DNA of 64,000 nt. Origin: an uncultured delta proteobacterium (GTDB taxonomy: Bacteria > Desulfobacterota > Binatia > Binatales > Binataceae). Shown in pieces: positions 62,859 to 64,000 of this stretch. The translations under genes and the position numbers were made by a program. Position 1 is the first letter of the stretch. Each line of letters opens with the position of its first letter. Below the pieces are notes generated by a model. The model made no database searches, was not told where the DNA came from, and worked only from the letters and a program-made list of their open reading frames with translations. Location: positions 256,001 to 320,000 of the forward strand of contig CAVXXK010000001.1 of assembly GCA_963765675.1 (NCBI GenBank). The letters run 5' to 3'.

Positions 62859-63090
62859 GGACGCGCGCATCACCATGACGACGCTCTGGCGATTCCGAAC
62901 CCGATGGACTCTCGTGGTGCTCTACCTGGTCGCCGCGATCGTCCTGTTTCATCGGGCGATGACGTAACGGTTCGTTTCATTTAACGAGTATCAAACTGTT
63001 TTTGTTGGCGAGCACGCTTTGACAGAGGCGAGCCGTACCTTACCGATGGACGGTCGAAGCGCGGAAGCGGGCGGGCTATAACTGTCAGCG

Positions 63091-63777
63091 ATGCGGGCGT
63101 CGGCGATCATTGTCGCGGCTGGAAGCGGGTCGCGCCTGGGACGGGCGGAGCCCAAGGCGTTCGTGCCGCTGGGCGGCCATCCGATGCTTTACTATTCGCT
63201 CGCCGCGGCCGCGCGCGTCACCGGAATTGCTGAAATCATCGTTACCGTTCCGGCCGGGATGGAAGCTGGGGCGCGCGCGTGCGGAGTCGCCGCAGGCGCG
63301 GCGCATCTACCGATCAAGATAACCCCGGGCGGCGCCGAGCGGCAGGATTCGGTGCGGATCGCTCTCGCGCTGGTCAGTGCCGAAAGCGATCTCGTGATCG
63401 TGCACGACGCCGCACGTCCTCTGGCGCGTCCGGAGTTGTTCGCGGCGTGCCTTGCCGCCGCCGAGCGCGCGGGCGGCGCGATCGCGGCGATACCGGTGGC
63501 CGACACGCTTAAGCGCGTCGCCGAAGGCGCGATCACCGCGACGATCGCACGGGCCGGGCTATGGCAGGCGCAGACGCCGCAGGCATTTCGCCGCTCGATT
63601 CTGATCGCGGCGCACGAGCGTGCGGCCAGCGAAAAGACCGCCGCGACCGACGACGCCGACCTGGCCGAGCGTATCGGCGCGACGGTCGAAGTGGTCGAGA
63701 GCGCCGCGCCCAATCTCAAGATCACGACTGCGGCGGATCTCTCGATGGCAGAAGCGATTCTCGCCGCGCGCGCGTGA
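63091..63777 (+). CDS. ispD: 2-C-methyl-D-erythritol 4-phosphate cytidylyltransferase
   Basis: AAGSGSR...PKAF, GGAERQDSV, HDAARP, QTPQAF, TDD, NLKIT. Confidence 0.95.
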   Translation: MRASAIIVAAGSGSRLGRAEPKAFVPLGGHPMLYYSLAAAARVTGIAEIIVTVPAGMEAGARACGVAAGAAHLPIKITPGGAERQDSVRIALALVSAESDLVIVHDAARPLARPELFAACLAAAERAGGAIAAIPVADTLKRVAEGAITATIARAGLWQAQTPQAFRRSILIAAHERAASEKTAATDDADLAERIGATVEVVESAAPNLKITTAADLSMAEAILAARA

Positions 63778-63800
63778 ATCGCACAGAGCTGGACCTCCCC

Positions 63801-64000
63801 TCAGGAGGGGTCCTTCTGCACCTTGATTCCCGCCTTTTCTAGTTGTGCGACAGCGTCGTCAAGCGCGGCTTGATCAACCTCGATCACGGCATATCTAGTG
63901 AGCAGTTTTGTGCCGGGTAGCATCTGAATTCCCGCGTCGGCGAGGATGTTCAGCGCGGTCCGGAACGAATTCGACAGATCGCCGCCGCTTGGAATGATGA
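63801..64000 (-). CDS. Partial (C-terminal) small protein, ACT-domain-like
   Basis: Own translation: IIPSGGDLSNSFRTALNILADAGIQM...YAVIEVDQAALDDAVAQLEKAGIKVQKDPS*; truncated by the window edge. Confidence 0.55.
   Translation of the reverse strand, partial: IIPSGGDLSNSFRTALNILADAGIQMLPGTKLLTRYAVIEVDQAALDDAVAQLEKAGIKVQKDPS

Overview
This is a high-GC bacterial chromosomal window with about 57 protein-coding genes and no rRNA, tRNA, CRISPR array, transposase or prophage genes that I can see. The gene mix (many acyl-CoA dehydrogenases, crotonases, luciferase-like/F420 oxidoreductases, P450 plus ferredoxin, Ltp2/DUF35 pair, P3A H+-ATPase, sedolisin) suggests an acid-soil/peat lipid- and terpenoid-degrading diderm such as Binatota (inference only). 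Recognisable loci: TetR-SDR-HCCA isomerase, pgm plus H+-ATPase, non-phosphorylative L-fucose-type genes split by sdhCAB, cusCBA-type efflux, an ACAD/phosphotransferase pair, a xanthine-dehydrogenase-family MSL enzyme with MoaD, an orphan groEL between two alanine-zipper lipoproteins, and rimI-carD-ispD. Several genes carry single-base frameshifts that look like assembly errors. Best leads: (1) a frameshift-hidden Cys-rich leader peptide ending SPP...LCSFQI, whose stop codon can base-pair near the tolC start (possible metal-sensing translational control of cus); (2) a ferredoxin-membrane-Hsp20-like fusion protein; (3) a promoter-bearing ~75-nt two-hairpin sRNA candidate with a C6 loop; (4) two orphan small genes behind sigma54-type promoters; (5) several REP-like palindrome families. 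All calls come from reading the sequence; no database searches were run.
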